Below are positions 26,478 to 36,444 of a stretch of 64,000 nucleotides of DNA, in pieces. The DNA is from a virus. The stretch is taken from IMG/VR virus record IMGVR_UViG_3300045988_062793. One strand, 5' to 3'. Made by a program: the position numbers and the translations under genes. The notes beneath the pieces were generated by a model. It did not search any database. It was not told where the DNA came from and saw nothing but the letters and a program-made list of their open reading frames with translations. How positions within the stretch are numbered: the first letter of the stretch is position 1; the number at the start of each line of letters is the position of its first letter.

Positions 26478-26974
26478 CACTGAAACATCTTAGGCGAATA
26501 CTTAGACATAAGTTTTGGGTAGCTTATTACTGTTTTCAGTTAGGTTTATACAAACAGGGCATCTTGCACGACTTATCTAAATTCGGATGGTATGAGTTCT
26601 CTCGTTCTGTAAAATTTTACGATGATAACACATCTCCCTTAAACAAGGAAAAAGAAATTCTAGGATATTCTAGGTCTTATTTACATCACAGAGGAAGAAA
26701 TCCACACCATTATGAATACTGGGTAACTAAGCTAGACATTGGCGGTGTTCCAGTGAAGATGCCTAAAGAGTATGCTCTAGAATTGGTATGCGATTATCTG
26801 GCTGCTGGTAAAGTATACAACGGTAATAGTTTTCAAGGAGAATATAACTGGTGGATTAAGTATATAAATTCTCCTAGGGCTATCCATCCAGAAACGAAGG
26901 AATTTATCACTCAGTGTTTTAAGAATTTAGCTAGTGGTAAAGGCATGAAAAGTTTATTAACAATTAGTTATTAA
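26450..26974 (+). CDS. Hypothetical His-rich protein (possible metal-dependent hydrolase), immediately upstream of NAMPT
   Basis: LHDLSKF and HHRGRNPHHYEYW motifs; function not established. Confidence 0.35.
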   Translation: MEILKCMCITLKHLRRILRHKFWVAYYCFQLGLYKQGILHDLSKFGWYEFSRSVKFYDDNTSPLNKEKEILGYSRSYLHHRGRNPHHYEYWVTKLDIGGVPVKMPKEYALELVCDYLAAGKVYNGNSFQGEYNWWIKYINSPRAIHPETKEFITQCFKNLASGKGMKSLLTISY

Positions 26975-26987
26975 AATAATTTTTAGA

Positions 26988-28538
26988 ATGGAAATAATTA
27001 ATGCAACAGATGGCTATAAATTGGGCCACCATAGAATGTATCCAGAAGGTACTGAACAAGTTTACAGTAATTGGACTCCTAGAAGTAACAAATACTTTCC
27101 AGAAGCCACTGAAGGTTCTGTAGTATTCGGAATCCAATATTTAATTAAGAAGTATCTGATTGATGAATTTAATCAGAATTTCTTTGGATTGCCCAAAGAG
27201 AAAGCTGTAGAAATGTTTTATCGAAGAGTTCATAACTTCGTGGGAATTGAGTCCGTAGGATATAAACATATTGAAGCCTTGTATGATTTAGGTTATCTTC
27301 CCATTCGCATTAAAGCGTTGCCAGAAGGTTCTGTATGTCCTATCAGAGTTCCCATGATGACTATTACTAATACAAAGTCAGAGTTCTTCTGGTTAACTAA
27401 TTATCTAGAGACTTTGATTAGTTGTACTCTGTGGATGCCTTGCACTTCTGCTACTAGAGCAAGACTCTATAAGAAGGAACTTAAAAGACACGCAGTACAT
27501 ACTGGATTTCCAGAAGATGTAAATCTGGATTTCTTGTGTCATGACTTCTCTATGAGAGGAATGGCTGGTTTAGAGGCTGCTATCATTTCTGGTATGGCAC
27601 ATATGACTTCGTTTGTTGGAAGTGAGACCATTCCAGCTATTGCTGCTCTAGAAGAATATTATGGTGCAAATTCTGACAATGAATTAATTGCTGCTACTGT
27701 TCCAGCTACAGAACATTCTGTAATGTGTGCTGGTGGAGAAGAGGACGAACTTCAAACCTTTAAGCGATTAATTAATGAATTGTATCCATCTGGGTTCGTT
27801 TCTATAGTTTCTGATACTTGGGACTTCTGGAATGTTATTGAAAACTTCCTTCCCAAATTAAAGAAGGATATTATGGCTCGTGATGGGCGTGTAGTTATTC
27901 GTCCAGATAGCGGAGACCCCGTTGATATTATTTGTGGACTGAGAACTAATCCTCACTTCCATACTAGGATGAAAGAGGGTAAGTATTATTGTTGCTATGC
28001 TCCATTTAACGATGATGCTGAGTATGTAGAAGTGTCAGAGGGTCAATATTACGGAGCATATTATATGCTTGGTAAGATATTCGGCTGGAATACTACTTCT
28101 AAGGATTATCGCTATCCTAGTACGAAAATAGGTTTGTTGTATGGTGATTCTATCACTCTTGAACGTCAGAAGCAAATCTATATGCGACTTGAGAACGCTC
28201 ATATGGCAGCTTGCAATCTTGTTCTAGGAGTAGGCTCATTTTCATATCAGTATGCAAGTAGAGATAGCTTAGGATTTGCAATTAAGGCTACTGCTTGTGT
28301 AATTAATGGAGAATTGAAAGAAATCTTCAAACATCCTAAAACTGATGATGGTACTAAGAACTCTTTGAAAGGTTTGATTGCTGTCTATAAAGGTCTGGAT
28401 GGGAAGTATACTGCTACCGACCAGGTCTCAATCGAGGAGGAAAAAGAGGGATGCTTAGAGACTGTCTTTGAAGATGGTATCTTGAAGAAAGAATATTCTC
28501 TTGAAGAAATCAGACAAAGAATTGACCATGGACTTTAA
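26988..28538 (+). CDS. nadV: Nicotinamide phosphoribosyltransferase (NAMPT/NadV-like; alternatively a NAMPT-like Namat of NAD reconstitution pathway 1)
   Basis: N-terminal INATDGYKLGHHRMYP matches the NAMPT ATDSYK(V/L)xH motif; length 516 aa. Confidence 0.75.
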   Translation: MEIINATDGYKLGHHRMYPEGTEQVYSNWTPRSNKYFPEATEGSVVFGIQYLIKKYLIDEFNQNFFGLPKEKAVEMFYRRVHNFVGIESVGYKHIEALYDLGYLPIRIKALPEGSVCPIRVPMMTITNTKSEFFWLTNYLETLISCTLWMPCTSATRARLYKKELKRHAVHTGFPEDVNLDFLCHDFSMRGMAGLEAAIISGMAHMTSFVGSETIPAIAALEEYYGANSDNELIAATVPATEHSVMCAGGEEDELQTFKRLINELYPSGFVSIVSDTWDFWNVIENFLPKLKKDIMARDGRVVIRPDSGDPVDIICGLRTNPHFHTRMKEGKYYCCYAPFNDDAEYVEVSEGQYYGAYYMLGKIFGWNTTSKDYRYPSTKIGLLYGDSITLERQKQIYMRLENAHMAACNLVLGVGSFSYQYASRDSLGFAIKATACVINGELKEIFKHPKTDDGTKNSLKGLIAVYKGLDGKYTATDQVSIEEEKEGCLETVFEDGILKKEYSLEEIRQRIDHGL

Positions 28539-28965
28539 TCATCCTTTTGGGAAAGAAGCTTGCAAGAAACGACTATTAGAAGAGTATCATAAATACAGAA
28601 AGCTAATAGTCGCTTTCGATTTTGATAATACTATTTTCGATTACCATAATACTGGCGGAGATTATAGTTGCGTTATAGAACTACTTAAAGAATGCTCACT
28701 TCTAGGTTTTGAAATGATTTTATTCACCACTGATGAAGATGATTATAAAATTATGGCAAAGCAGACAATTTGTATGCGATTAGGAATAGCAAATATTACT
28801 TCTAATACTTTATCTGCTCCAAACATTAGTAGTTCTATATTCTCTAAATCTAAGAAACCTTATTACAATATCCTCCTAGATGATAGGGCAGGTCTAGAAG
28901 AAAGTTATGAAATCTTAAAATATGTAGTAGATGAAATTAAACTTAATCAACAAGGAAATCAGTGA
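28501..28965 (+). CDS. HAD-superfamily phosphatase-like protein
   Basis: Motif I VAFDFDNTIFD (DxDxT). Confidence 0.45.
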   Translation: MKKSDKELTMDFNHPFGKEACKKRLLEEYHKYRKLIVAFDFDNTIFDYHNTGGDYSCVIELLKECSLLGFEMILFTTDEDDYKIMAKQTICMRLGIANITSNTLSAPNISSSIFSKSKKPYYNILLDDRAGLEESYEILKYVVDEIKLNQQGNQ

Positions 28966-29740
28966 AATTAAGTACGATGTTACTAGATTTCCTGATGGAG
29001 AGCCTCAGTTTTTCCTTACTGAGGAATTAAACAGAAAGGAATCTATTGATGTCATTTGTAGAATATCTAATACTGAGGATTTATTCCTCTTAATGCAAGT
29101 AGGAGATATTTTAGATAGACAAGAAGTAGAATGGGATTTACATATTACTTATTTAATGTCTATGCGTATGGATAGAGTAATGAGTTTTAATCGTCCATTC
29201 TCCTTGAAAGTAGTATGTAATATGTTAAATAGCTTAGGCTATAGAAACATATATGTTCTTGAGGCACATTCTAGTAGAACTTTTCATCTTCTTGGTGACA
29301 GATGTTTACCTTGGGAATTTGGACACTACTCTTGGATTCCAGCCCAAAGTAATATCGTGTTCCCAGACCATGGGGCGAAGGACAGATATGGAAGTAACTA
29401 TTCTCACTATGGTTATTTAGTCTTCAAAAAGGAAAGAAATCTAGAGACTGGAAGAATTGAGTCCTTTGAAATAGAGGAGTCTAAGAATTGCTACTATTCT
29501 ACATTTGTGTTCATTGATGACTTGTGTGATGCTGGAGGAACTTTCCTAGGAGAGCTTAAGGTTCTCAAAGAGAGATATCCAAATAGCAAGTTTATCATAA
29601 TCGTATGTCATGTAGTTAATGATAAAGGCCTGGTTAATATGTGTAATAATTTTGACCAGGTTATTGTATCTAATTCTCATAGGGATATTAATTATCGTCC
29701 CAGCAACGAGAACTTAACTGTAATAGACGTTTGTAAATAA
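28931..29740 (+). CDS. Ribose-phosphate pyrophosphokinase family protein (PRPP synthetase-like; alternatively ADPR-PP synthetase Adps)
   Basis: FPDHGAKDRYG (PDxGxxxRA-like) and PRPP-binding loop VFIDDLCDAGGT. Confidence 0.6.
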   Translation: MKLNLINKEISEIKYDVTRFPDGEPQFFLTEELNRKESIDVICRISNTEDLFLLMQVGDILDRQEVEWDLHITYLMSMRMDRVMSFNRPFSLKVVCNMLNSLGYRNIYVLEAHSSRTFHLLGDRCLPWEFGHYSWIPAQSNIVFPDHGAKDRYGSNYSHYGYLVFKKERNLETGRIESFEIEESKNCYYSTFVFIDDLCDAGGTFLGELKVLKERYPNSKFIIIVCHVVNDKGLVNMCNNFDQVIVSNSHRDINYRPSNENLTVIDVCK

Positions 29741-29749
29741 CAAAATAAA

Positions 29750-30052
29750 ATGGTAATTGAAGGTCCTTTTTACAGACTTACTCCCATTAGTGAATCTTCT
29801 CCGAGGTTTGACTTGGAATTGTTGTATGATATTGGTGGGAAAAATCCGAGAAAAGAATTTAAAGTGGAGGGCTACGGCTATCCCCTAGAAGCTGCTATAG
29901 AGCGATGTCGCCATTATGCAGTAAGAAAAAAGTTCGGAAAAGATGAAGTTATAACTTTAGGTAGGTACTTAGATGAGTTTAAAAAGGCAAAGGAGGAAAT
30001 TAAACTCGAAGTCTCAGGAGATTCAGGAGATTCTAGCGGAGAGGCTGAATAA
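29750..30052 (+). CDS. Hypothetical protein (100 aa)
   Basis: ORF track. Confidence 0.4.
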   Translation: MVIEGPFYRLTPISESSPRFDLELLYDIGGKNPRKEFKVEGYGYPLEAAIERCRHYAVRKKFGKDEVITLGRYLDEFKKAKEEIKLEVSGDSGDSSGEAE

Positions 30053-30446
30053 GCTTTGTAGATTCTTAGATGAGGAATATGACGTTAATTGTGGAGGGTG
30101 TTGCTATATAGCATACTGTCTAGCCAGGCTACTAAGTAGAGATAAATTCAAGTTTAGAGTAATAATATACGAAGATTATGAGTTAGAAGATAGATTTAGT
30201 GAAATTTCTGGAAGCCATTATCATTACGCTATTGGCATCGGAAATTATACAATAAATTCTGCTGAATGTGATGAGGACGAAAGCTTTTGCAGAAATATAT
30301 ATTATAATGTAAGAGCTTCCGAGATTCTAGACCACTACAAAAATCGTAGCTGGAACGAATGTTATAATTCAGCAAAGAATAAGTTTATCTTTAGAACTAT
30401 TCAAGTATTTTATGACGACCTTACGGAAGACTTACGAGAAGGATAA
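29973..30446 (+). CDS. Hypothetical Cys-containing protein (157 aa)
   Basis: ORF track; overlaps the upstream ORF by about 80 nt, so the true start may be internal. Confidence 0.35.
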   Translation: MSLKRQRRKLNSKSQEIQEILAERLNKLCRFLDEEYDVNCGGCCYIAYCLARLLSRDKFKFRVIIYEDYELEDRFSEISGSHYHYAIGIGNYTINSAECDEDESFCRNIYYNVRASEILDHYKNRSWNECYNSAKNKFIFRTIQVFYDDLTEDLREG

Positions 30447-30699
30447 ACAGATTGTATATACACATGATAAGTTTATCTACTGTAGTTCGGTTTATCAAAT
30501 GTGGGGATGGGGAGCAGCCCTCATGGAAGAGAAGTATTATTCTTCTGATAAACCTATCACACTTAAAAAGAAAAATTTAATTTCTGTAAAGAGAAAGAAC
30601 TATTCACTGCATAGGTTTTTCGAATTACAGTTTGCTCCAGAAGAATATTTAATTAATAACGGTTTTAAAATTGTAGAAAATGAAACAGGATGTAGCTGA
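30412..30699 (+). CDS. Hypothetical protein (95 aa)
   Basis: ORF track. Confidence 0.4.
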   Translation: MTTLRKTYEKDKQIVYTHDKFIYCSSVYQMWGWGAALMEEKYYSSDKPITLKKKNLISVKRKNYSLHRFFELQFAPEEYLINNGFKIVENETGCS

Positions 30700-31270
30700 G
30701 TATTTGATTGACTCGTTTGTAGACTTTAAGGGTGAGGAACACAAGATTGTAGCGTGTGCTTTAAGCCAATCTCCAGAAGAGAGTGAGGATGGTTGCAAAC
30801 TTGCGGTAGGTTGGGTAAACGAAATGGACGAATTTGTCTGTGTGGACGATCCAGATTACGCAGAGGTTTGCAGAGTCGTATCTGTTGGTATCAGTGTATG
30901 TCACCCGACTGATACGTTTGACAAGGAGAGAGGTAAAGCCAATGCCTACAATAAAGCTTTGCACGACCCTAAATGTCCTACTATCTATACTAGAGATAGA
31001 GGAGTAGCTAGTAAGACCTTGGTAAAGGCTTTCTTGAAGCAGGAGGTTAATTTCCTTAAAGAGAATCCAGAGAGAATTATCAAGGGTTACAATCAGATGA
31101 AAGCTCGTTTTGACAAAAAGCAAGCTCTAAAAGCTAAAGTGGAAGGTCTCTCTGACAATGAGAAACTTGTTGTGAAACTGGCAATGAAGGAAGGTGTAGA
31201 TGTAGTCGGATGCGTTAAGCTCGTAGAGGAGGCTAAGGCTGCAGGTATTGAGATAAATGAACAAGACTAA
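30680..31270 (+). CDS. Hypothetical protein (196 aa)
   Basis: ORF track. Confidence 0.45.
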   Translation: MKQDVAEYLIDSFVDFKGEEHKIVACALSQSPEESEDGCKLAVGWVNEMDEFVCVDDPDYAEVCRVVSVGISVCHPTDTFDKERGKANAYNKALHDPKCPTIYTRDRGVASKTLVKAFLKQEVNFLKENPERIIKGYNQMKARFDKKQALKAKVEGLSDNEKLVVKLAMKEGVDVVGCVKLVEEAKAAGIEINEQD

Positions 31271-31562
31271 GTTTTGCTATATTTTAATTGTCATAATGGG
31301 ATTAATAATTATATATTTGTCTGTCCCTAAGAGAGATAGTAATCCTAGCACTCCTAATGTGCAAGAGATTGTGAGGGATTCTATCATTAGAGATAGCATT
31401 TATATAGTTAATGATTCCATTGTTGAGAAAATTAAATATATAGACAAGGAGTATGATGAGAAAGTGTCTACTATTATGTCTAGTTCTGATAGCATCAATT
31501 TGTGCTTTTTCTCAGAATACATCGACCGTTACAATAACCAGCGAACAGTTAAAGACAACTAA
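31257..31562 (+). CDS. Hypothetical membrane-anchored protein (101 aa)
   Basis: ORF track; N-terminal TM helix. Confidence 0.4.
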   Translation: MNKTKFCYILIVIMGLIIIYLSVPKRDSNPSTPNVQEIVRDSIIRDSIYIVNDSIVEKIKYIDKEYDEKVSTIMSSSDSINLCFFSEYIDRYNNQRTVKDN

Positions 31563-31827
31563 TTTGATATTTGCTGAACATCAGAAGTTGTCCGAAACTG
31601 TTCCTTTATTGAAGAGCCAAATAACTAATTTAGAACTTATAAACAAAAGTTGGGAGAAAACGGATTCTGTTCGCAGAGTCCAGTTACTGTATTATGGAAA
31701 CATAATTGAAGATAAAAATAGATCAATTGAAGGTCTTAATAAGTCTTTAAAGAAGAAGCAGAACGTAATCAAATATGGAGCTGCTGGCTCATGTGTATTA
31801 ATATTATTATGCCTATTACTGAAGTAA
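31453..31827 (+). CDS. Secreted or membrane protein with signal peptide and C-terminal TM helix (124 aa)
   Basis: MMRKCLLLCLVLIASICAFSQ is signal-peptide-like. Confidence 0.4.
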   Translation: MMRKCLLLCLVLIASICAFSQNTSTVTITSEQLKTTNLIFAEHQKLSETVPLLKSQITNLELINKSWEKTDSVRRVQLLYYGNIIEDKNRSIEGLNKSLKKKQNVIKYGAAGSCVLILLCLLLK

Positions 31828-32000
31828 TGTTTAAGGACAAAGATGGTTTTCACTATAAACATCCTGAACGTAGCTGTACTAGGTGTAAGAACTATCCCTG
31901 TTTGCCAAATATGGACAAACTACAAGGGGACTTTGCCTCTTATGGTTGCAGGAAGTTCGAGGATATTAATACCTTTGAGGTGTGGAAACCAAAGAAGTAA
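31791..32000 (+). CDS. Small Cys-containing protein (69 aa)
   Basis: ORF track. Confidence 0.35.
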   Translation: MCINIIMPITEVMFKDKDGFHYKHPERSCTRCKNYPCLPNMDKLQGDFASYGCRKFEDINTFEVWKPKK

Positions 32001-32305
32001 CTTACCATGTTAAGTTTGTAGCTGAATGTGAGGACGGAATGGGTTATGCAAATTATGTCTTTGAACGTCTAGAATATGATAATCTAGATTACAAAGACAT
32101 AATGTGTGTTCGATTTCCGAATTGGAACCAGTGTTCTATGAAATTAGGTGATGTTGGATATGTATCTCTGAGATATGTAGAAGAAGGCATCGATAAATGG
32201 TACGATGGTACAGATTTCGTTCCATATAAGGAGACAAACATAATTTTCCTGAAATTTATTCATGAAAAACCGTCTCTAGAATGTGGACAAATATTATTAG
32301 ATTAA
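31982..32305 (+). CDS. Hypothetical protein (107 aa)
   Basis: ORF track. Confidence 0.4.
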   Translation: METKEVTYHVKFVAECEDGMGYANYVFERLEYDNLDYKDIMCVRFPNWNQCSMKLGDVGYVSLRYVEEGIDKWYDGTDFVPYKETNIIFLKFIHEKPSLECGQILLD

Positions 32306-32349
32306 CATTAAAATTAGATGAACTATGAAGTATTTTTAAAGAATAATTT

Positions 32350-33213
32350 ATGACTGTATTAGGGGATAAGCTGAGAGAGGCTTTGAATGATAAAGCAAAC
32401 GATGTTAATAGCTATGTATGGAAAGGACCTAAAGTAAATGGAGTCCAGGAGGAAATAAAGTTAGTGGATGCTGATTATGACCAGCTGAAACGCTTCTATA
32501 ACCACTGTGAACAAATGTTGTACAACTCGGATACCAAGAATCCGGGTCGTTTAACATTACTAGATATAGTGTCCGATCAAATACAGAGATGTCGAGCAGA
32601 GCTTCTTATTAGATGGCTTAGAGCTGAGAAACAATACACAAACACTCGCTGTTTGGAAGACCTGAGAATTACCATCAAGAATAATAAAGAGATTTTGACC
32701 AATGAGGCTATTAAAGTTTATCCTATTGGAAATATTCTTAATGGTATCCCTGTAGAGTTTAGAGAAGTACCTGTAAGTTTAGTTATGGACGCTTGTCTGG
32801 ATTCTTTGGGATTGTTTGATAACTCTCATTTGACGTTGAATTTCATTGTCAAGATGGGACTTTGGTTTACACAGCAAGAAATGCAAAAGGACTTGTATCG
32901 TAAAGACCCTGTAACAGGTAAAGCTGTCAATAGACTTTTGGTGGTAAGTAAGGAACTTCGTTTGAATCCTTCTATTGCTCTTAAAATCTGTGATACTGGA
33001 TTAAGTTATGCTGAGTTTAGATCGATGTGTAGACTGAAACGAGATAAATATGCAAACTTAACTAGTGATCAGTTGAGACTGTTGTCGAGCAAGGTTCTTT
33101 ATCGCTTCCAGAATCAATGTGAAAGTCAAGCCAAACAGTGGAAGGACAAAATGGAAGAAATTAAGAAAGTTGCCGAACTTAAAGGTTGGGACATCACTAG
33201 AAATATAGACTAA
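32350..33213 (+). CDS. Hypothetical protein (287 aa)
   Basis: ORF track; ATG preceded by attagatta ... aaattagatg motifs. Confidence 0.5.
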   Translation: MTVLGDKLREALNDKANDVNSYVWKGPKVNGVQEEIKLVDADYDQLKRFYNHCEQMLYNSDTKNPGRLTLLDIVSDQIQRCRAELLIRWLRAEKQYTNTRCLEDLRITIKNNKEILTNEAIKVYPIGNILNGIPVEFREVPVSLVMDACLDSLGLFDNSHLTLNFIVKMGLWFTQQEMQKDLYRKDPVTGKAVNRLLVVSKELRLNPSIALKICDTGLSYAEFRSMCRLKRDKYANLTSDQLRLLSSKVLYRFQNQCESQAKQWKDKMEEIKKVAELKGWDITRNID

Positions 33214-34490
33214 TGAAGGACCTTTTTACTCCTGTCACTCGTGATGAGCGGCAGGAGGAGTCCGTCAAAAAGTGGATTAAGTCCAAAGGAAGAGGTACAA
33301 TAGTTGCTTGTACTGGGTATGGAAAGACTAGGGTTGCTACTATTATTATAGGAAAACTTATTTCTAAGTATCCTTCTATCAAGGTATTAGTAGTCGTTCC
33401 AAATTCTACTTTGCAAGAACAATGGTCTGGAATCCTAGACAGTTTGGGATATGGATTGAATGTCGAAGTTGGAATTATTAATTCCATGGCAAAGAACGGG
33501 TATGATTGTGACCTTCTAATTCTGGATGAAATTCACAGATGTCCTGCTGATACTTTCTCTTCTGTATTTACTAAGGTAAAATATAAACTTATTCTTGGCT
33601 TAACTGCTACTATAGAGAGACTCGATGGAAAGCACAGTATCATAGAAAAATACTGTCCAGAGATTGATAATATTTCTATAGAAGTAGCCAAAGCCAATGG
33701 TTGGGTATCAAACTTTTCAGAATATCAAGTTATAATAACGGTGGACGACATAGACTTGTATAGAAAATATAACAAGGAGTTTGTTCAACATTTTGAATAT
33801 TTTAACTTTGATTTTGACTTAGTTATGAGTATGTTAGGTCAAAACGGATTTGTCAATAGGGCTAAGTATAGGGACGAACTATGTAACCGAAACAGCAAGC
33901 TGGATAGGAAAGAAGTCTTCAAAGAAATTACTTTTCATGCTACGGCATTTATGAGAGCTTTGCAGAGTAGGAAAAAGTTCATATACAATCATGCTAAGAA
34001 GCTAGAAATAGCCAAGGAGATAATCAAGTATAGGTCCGATAAGAAAATCATTACCTTTTCAGCTAATGTGAAAATGGCTGAAAGCATAGGTATAGGATAC
34101 GTTTATACTGGAAGAGAGAGTAAAAAGAAAAACAGAATAACTATAGAGGAATTTTCCACACTTAGCTCTGGAGTGCTTAATAGCGTCCAGCTAGCTAATG
34201 AGGGTTTGGACTGTAAGGGTTTATCTGTTGGTATTGTTCTTGGTCTAGATTCCAGTCCTATAAAGAGTAAGCAGAGAACTGGTAGGGTAATACGTAAGGA
34301 AGAACCTACTAAGTATGCTGAAATGTTCACAATTGTTATTGAAAACACTGTAGAGTGTGAATGGTACAAGAAGTCACATGAAGGAGTGAATTATATAACT
34401 ATTGATGAAGAGAATCTTATGAAAGTTCTAAGGGGAGAACCCTATGAGCCTTATAAGAAAAAAATACAAAATTTTACTTATCGTTTTTAA
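33213..34490 (+). CDS. Superfamily 2 DEAH-box helicase (UvsW or type III res-like)
   Basis: Walker A CTGYGKTRVA, motif II LLILDEIHRC, motif VI-like KQRTGRVIR. Confidence 0.7.
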   Translation: MKDLFTPVTRDERQEESVKKWIKSKGRGTIVACTGYGKTRVATIIIGKLISKYPSIKVLVVVPNSTLQEQWSGILDSLGYGLNVEVGIINSMAKNGYDCDLLILDEIHRCPADTFSSVFTKVKYKLILGLTATIERLDGKHSIIEKYCPEIDNISIEVAKANGWVSNFSEYQVIITVDDIDLYRKYNKEFVQHFEYFNFDFDLVMSMLGQNGFVNRAKYRDELCNRNSKLDRKEVFKEITFHATAFMRALQSRKKFIYNHAKKLEIAKEIIKYRSDKKIITFSANVKMAESIGIGYVYTGRESKKKNRITIEEFSTLSSGVLNSVQLANEGLDCKGLSVGIVLGLDSSPIKSKQRTGRVIRKEEPTKYAEMFTIVIENTVECEWYKKSHEGVNYITIDEENLMKVLRGEPYEPYKKKIQNFTYRF

Positions 34491-34747
34491 TTATGGAAAC
34501 TTATTACACTAAGAAAGAGTATAATGAGATGAAATCTGCACTTACTAAGAAATGTAAGTCGCTAGAAGCTAAAGTTAGTAAACTGACATCTGAGTTGAAG
34601 GAATTAAAGAAGGATTATGCAGTACTTCTTGAAACCGCCAACGAGAAAGTTGAGGACTAAAGTTTATCACGTAACTAAGTTTTAACACCTTAACAGGTAA
34701 ACTAGACTTAGTGTATAGATTAGTAGAAAATCTATTAATTTGTACAC

Positions 34748-35353
34748 GTGAGAAATCTTGAATTGAAACAACAGCTTCTGTTTTGTGAGAAATATAGTAT
34801 AAATCCGAGCGAGTTGTTGTTGTTAGAAATTATTCTTATTGCCCAAGAAGGCGACGAACCAGAAATTGTCCATGAGTATTTCTCCTCTAGAGTATGTGCT
34901 CGTGGTTTTACAATAGAACTATTAACTGGGCTTCGCAATGCTGGAATTATTCATAAATCCTATAAAATTCCTGAAAAAGGAAGTGTATTTAATCCCTTAG
35001 ATATTCCACTAAACAAAAATGTGGTTAAAGATTTCTACAAATGCTCATTTGAGCTAGGTAAGGAATTATGGGATACCTATCCTCAATTCGGGATAGTTAA
35101 TAATTCACAAGTGGGTCTTAGAAGCGTGTCTAAGAAATTTGATACCATCGAAGACTTCTATAGGTTTTATGGTAGGACCATCAGATGGAAGCCAGAAATT
35201 CATAATCAAATTATAGAGCTAGTAAAGTGGGCTAGAGAGCATAATATTCTATGTACCACTATCGCTAACTTTGTAATAGACCATAAGTGGGAAGAACTTG
35301 AAGCACTAAAAGATGAAGGCGGAGTTAATTATGATTCCATGAGATTACTATGA
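34748..35353 (+). CDS. Hypothetical protein (201 aa), replication module
   Basis: ORF track. Confidence 0.45.
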   Translation: MRNLELKQQLLFCEKYSINPSELLLLEIILIAQEGDEPEIVHEYFSSRVCARGFTIELLTGLRNAGIIHKSYKIPEKGSVFNPLDIPLNKNVVKDFYKCSFELGKELWDTYPQFGIVNNSQVGLRSVSKKFDTIEDFYRFYGRTIRWKPEIHNQIIELVKWAREHNILCTTIANFVIDHKWEELEALKDEGGVNYDSMRLL

Positions 35354-36444
35354 TTTCTGAGAAACTTCTTTATGAAATTGATAGAGGTAGATTGGGGTTA
35401 AATCATGGTATATCTATGAAGCTTCCTAAACTAGAGAGTATTATTGATGGAGTTACTAGGGAAACCTACACACTGATTCTATCTAACTCTGGTGCAGGTA
35501 AAACTTCATTTGCCCTTTATGCTTATGTTTATAGACCACTAATGGAACATCTTGATGATGATGATTTTAAGGTATTATATTTTAGTCTAGAGATGGGAGA
35601 AGTAGCCTTATATATTAAGCTATTATCCATATACATCTTCGAAACGTATGGAATACAATTATCTTTTAAGAAGATTCTTTCAAGAGAAAAGGAATATATT
35701 TTGTCAGAGGAACATTATGACCTAGTTAAGCAATGTATGCCCTGGGTAGATAAGATTAGTAAAAAGCTGGAAATCTATGACAAGAAAGTATCTCCAAAAA
35801 AGGTGTATGCTATCTTGAAAACTAGGTTAGAAGAAATGGGAACTTTTTCTGAAAGTGAGACGAGACTCCTATATAAGCCTAATAATCCTAATCTTATCTA
35901 TAATATCGTAGTAGACCATATTGGTCTAGTTGGTACTAAACCTGACATAGACTTACTTTCTAGCTATCTTCTCTTCTTTAGAGATAAGTGTGGTGTTAGT
36001 CCTGTAGTAATACAGCAAGCTAATAGAGAGCAAGGAAATATTGAAAGGTTTAAGCAGGGAAAGAGTGCGTTTACTATTCATGATGCTAAAGACTCTGGTA
36101 ATACTGTGCAGGATTGTAATATCATGATTGCATTGTATAATCCGCACAGGGATGGATTGAAAACTTATAAACATTATAATATTGAGTATCTAAATTCTTA
36201 TTTTAGAAGTATAATGGTACTTAAGAACCGATATGGTGATTGTGATGTTGAGGTTGGAGTAAACTTCTTTGGTTGGATTAATATGTTCCACGAGCTTCCA
36301 AAGCCCGATGAAATTTATGATTATGAAAGGTATACAAACCCAAATTATATACTAGAAGATAATAGTTCTATAGTAGAACAGGAGCTAGATGATATTACAG
36401 AATTAGATGATTCAAATGAAAACTTTAATTTTGCATTAGAATAA
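35350..36444 (+). CDS. DnaB-like replicative helicase (RecA-fold ATPase domain)
   Basis: Walker A LILSNSGAGKTSFAL, Walker B-like VVDHIGLV; size and context (adjacent to primase and SF2 helicase). Confidence 0.55.
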   Translation: MISEKLLYEIDRGRLGLNHGISMKLPKLESIIDGVTRETYTLILSNSGAGKTSFALYAYVYRPLMEHLDDDDFKVLYFSLEMGEVALYIKLLSIYIFETYGIQLSFKKILSREKEYILSEEHYDLVKQCMPWVDKISKKLEIYDKKVSPKKVYAILKTRLEEMGTFSESETRLLYKPNNPNLIYNIVVDHIGLVGTKPDIDLLSSYLLFFRDKCGVSPVVIQQANREQGNIERFKQGKSAFTIHDAKDSGNTVQDCNIMIALYNPHRDGLKTYKHYNIEYLNSYFRSIMVLKNRYGDCDVEVGVNFFGWINMFHELPKPDEIYDYERYTNPNYILEDNSSIVEQELDDITELDDSNENFNFALE

